A stretch of 64,000 nucleotides of DNA from Yuukianura sp. NJ FZ-2021 (lineage: Eukaryota). The DNA lies in NCBI GenBank assembly GCA_046563655.1, contig CM102285.1, positions 12,400,001-12,464,000 on the forward strand, in the 5' to 3' direction. Numbering within the stretch: position 1 is the first letter of the stretch; each line of letters begins with the position of its first letter. Under the pieces are notes generated by a model, which ran no database searches, was not told the DNA's origin, and was given only the letters and a program-made list of their open reading frames with translations. Made by a program: the position numbers and the translations under genes. Below are positions 61,771 through 64,000 of this stretch, one piece after another.

Positions 61771-63363
61771 ATGGGTCGTGGGAGTGAAAGCACTCTCCGT
61801 ATTGACGAACCACTTCACTTCCTATTTCTCATCGCCTACTTCATTACGTACTTCTGTTGTGCCTATCTCATGGTGAGCAAACTCTTCACCCAAATCCAAT
61901 TTCAAATTGTTCAGAACAAGACTTATGAGATAAAGAACAAGAATGTAGGAAACTCAAAAAGAGATTTGAAAAACAGGACAAGAAAAGTACTTTGTAAGTG
62001 AAAGGAAATTTCTCCAGTAGTTTGAGGACAAAAGAAAGTTCAAAGAGCAACTTTTAGCGCTAAGAGTATAAGACGCATAAGCTCCGGTAAAACAAATATA
62101 TCAACGTTGAGTCTGACAGTTTTATTCGAAGGGAATTCCAAAAAAGGAAAGTTTCCCGTTGTTCATATTACTTTTTTTACTCAAAAGTTTGTTTTCCAAC
62201 TTTCACTCTTGTACTTTTCCATAAACAGTTCATTTGCTTCAAGCACTGTCGAAGAATGTGGCGTCGGAAACCGTGTCGACCTAGTAGGAGTCGAAATGTC
62301 GCTGAGCTTGTCAATAACTTACATTCCCGTGGAGGGGATTTTGGTGGGACAAGTTCCGGTGGGTCAACGTCGGCCCCACGCCATGTCCAAGTTTCTCTCC
62401 TGCCGAATGGGATTTGTTCAGGTGAGAGTGAGAACGACACAAAAAACTTTTGTTTCGTGTATAATAATAATTACTAAACCATTACAAGGAATGTTTGAAT
62501 TCATTTCTGACACGAATCGAAAGAGAGTTGTCGATTAGTAGTTAATCGCTCCATTTCTCTGTCCAACAAATTGCATAGCATCGAATTCTTTCCCAGTGGA
62601 ATTTGGTTGATCTCGATTGGACTTTGGTGAAGACTTGGTTAATTGCGTTGTTGGTTGGAAGTGAAAGTGAGATCGGAAGTTATGAGAAATGGAGAAAGTC
62701 AGGATTCAGAAGTCTCTGGTGGAAAAAGCACGAAGCGTGAAGCATTTTGGAAAGGTGAAAAATTGATTTGTGTTAGAAATGGGAAACAGACTAAGTGGTC
62801 ACCATAAATTATTCCCACAAGTAGTCCATCCACCCGTATTTCAAATTCTGTAGTATGAAGGATATCCAAAAGTAAATTGGAATTGCCCACTTTGGATCCC
62901 TACATTACGATAATGGGACACTCAAACATGATGTTGATGACTTTGTTTTTTCAAAAGTTATTTCAAGTGTTATGTTCCCTTTACTGTAGAATTGTTCCGT
63001 GGTGACCCTGAGCTGGGTCAACCCCCCTCCACTCCAAGCCTGTCTGAAGACGGAGAAACAACTACTTCCAGGGTCTCACCATTTCTTTCACCGTTTCCAC
63101 GTAAGGCATTGGGTTTCAAAGCGCAAAGTTCAATTAAGTCCTGCCTCGTGCCGTCGTGTTCTAAAATTGGATAACATTTTTTTAAGATGCTAATAAATTT
63201 GATCTTTTGGTTTCTAGGATACCGTGTGGAGTGTGTGGAGGAATTACCAAGTTACGACTCCATTTCGGAGGATTCGGAGTCTCCGCCGCCTTCATACTCT
63301 TCATGTGTTCTCCAGATCTCTCTGCTTCCAGACAATAATAAGGAATCAACGACAAAGGCATGA
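61771..63363 (+). CDS. Single-pass membrane protein with cytoplasmic LPSY and PPSY (PY) motifs, ~183 aa, 4 exons
   Basis: Exons 61771-61872, 62229-62421, 62990-63100, 63218-63363 (552 nt, phases compatible). TM LHFLFLIAYFITYFCCAYLM|FICF is followed by basic KHCRRMWRRK. Tail is ELPSYDSISEDSESPPPSY. In-frame stop just upstream of the ATG (61765). Confidence 0.8.
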
Positions 63364-64000
63364 AAAGCACGTTCTTCCGGCCTAAAAAATGACACAAAAA
63401 TGACGCTCTTTGGACCAGCGAAAGACAGAATCTTCTAAAAAGCCTTGATCTCAATAATTGCAACGCACAGATCACATCGTGCTCTCGCCTAATCACTCAA
63501 TTCTCAACTCCTAATTATTCTTTCTTCAAACACTCATCTGCACCAACGAGCAACGACAATTAAACTACAAATTGTATTCTGAAAATGAGGATCCATTGTA
63601 CTATTTACTAGTTTAATTAAAAAGAAGGGTCAAGGGTCAAAGGGCCCTGTGACCATGAAATACAGAAAATTGTTCCACGTATTCACGTCCTTCTGGAAAG
63701 CAACTCTGCACTTACTTCCTTTTTATACTTTCACATCACATCTTCAAGCATGTTTTTTGAAACACGAATCTTATTCAAACATGCATTTTCAAATTTCAAA
63801 TAATGTAATTTGGAAAAATCAAAGTAATCCACGCCATTCTCATCATGGAGCTGTGCCACCTGACGGTGCCCTACACGTCCAGACTTGTTTGATTTCTGTA
63901 AAAATTCACAAGGCGGAAAGTTTCAACATTAGAAAAAGTGAATATCGGAGGCGGTGTTTTGTCATCTGCCATCTGCTCCTCTCCTGCTCCCTTTTTACAC

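Noticed and set aside
60912..63363. Fusion of the Cys-rich exon with the TM/PY gene into one Shisa/WBP1-like protein
   Set aside because: The Cys-rich exon ends in a stop followed by AATAAA with no good donor, and the TM exon has an in-frame stop just upstream of its ATG.
63853..63977. Two CTCF-like motifs (minus strand CCGTCAGGTGGCAC and AGCAGATGGCAG)
   Set aside because: Short matches that also fit E-boxes; not supportable without motif scoring or ChIP data.

Overview
Eukaryotic, AT-rich animal DNA with many short GT-AG introns, probably an arthropod (inferred from gene content and intron size). Splicing by hand gives seven protein-coding loci: (1) the first coding exon of a class A GPCR on the minus strand, running off the left edge; (2) a 30-exon, ~1743-aa Dicer-2-like gene; (3) a LYSMD3/4-like LysM membrane protein; (4) an F-box/LRR-like protein; (5) a 22-exon, ~4185-aa split ends (spen) gene; (6) a 93-aa secreted 8-Cys peptide that the ORF track misses; (7) a 183-aa single-pass membrane protein with two PY motifs. 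There is also a 5-copy ~375-bp tandem array, a MITE-like foldback and a 73-bp direct duplication. The main finding is the Dicer. Its reading frame, helicase motifs and RNase IIIb active site are intact, but all four catalytic acidic residues of RNase IIIa are replaced (ERLExxGD becomes TRLNRIGW; DKxxADxxE becomes DQEICQGFS), and the PAZ 3'-end pocket motif is also altered. This predicts a half-active Dicer that nicks one strand, or a dsRNA sensor, rather than a normal siRNA-duplex producer. Exon models come from manual inspection only, and reference motifs are quoted from memory and need alignment checks.
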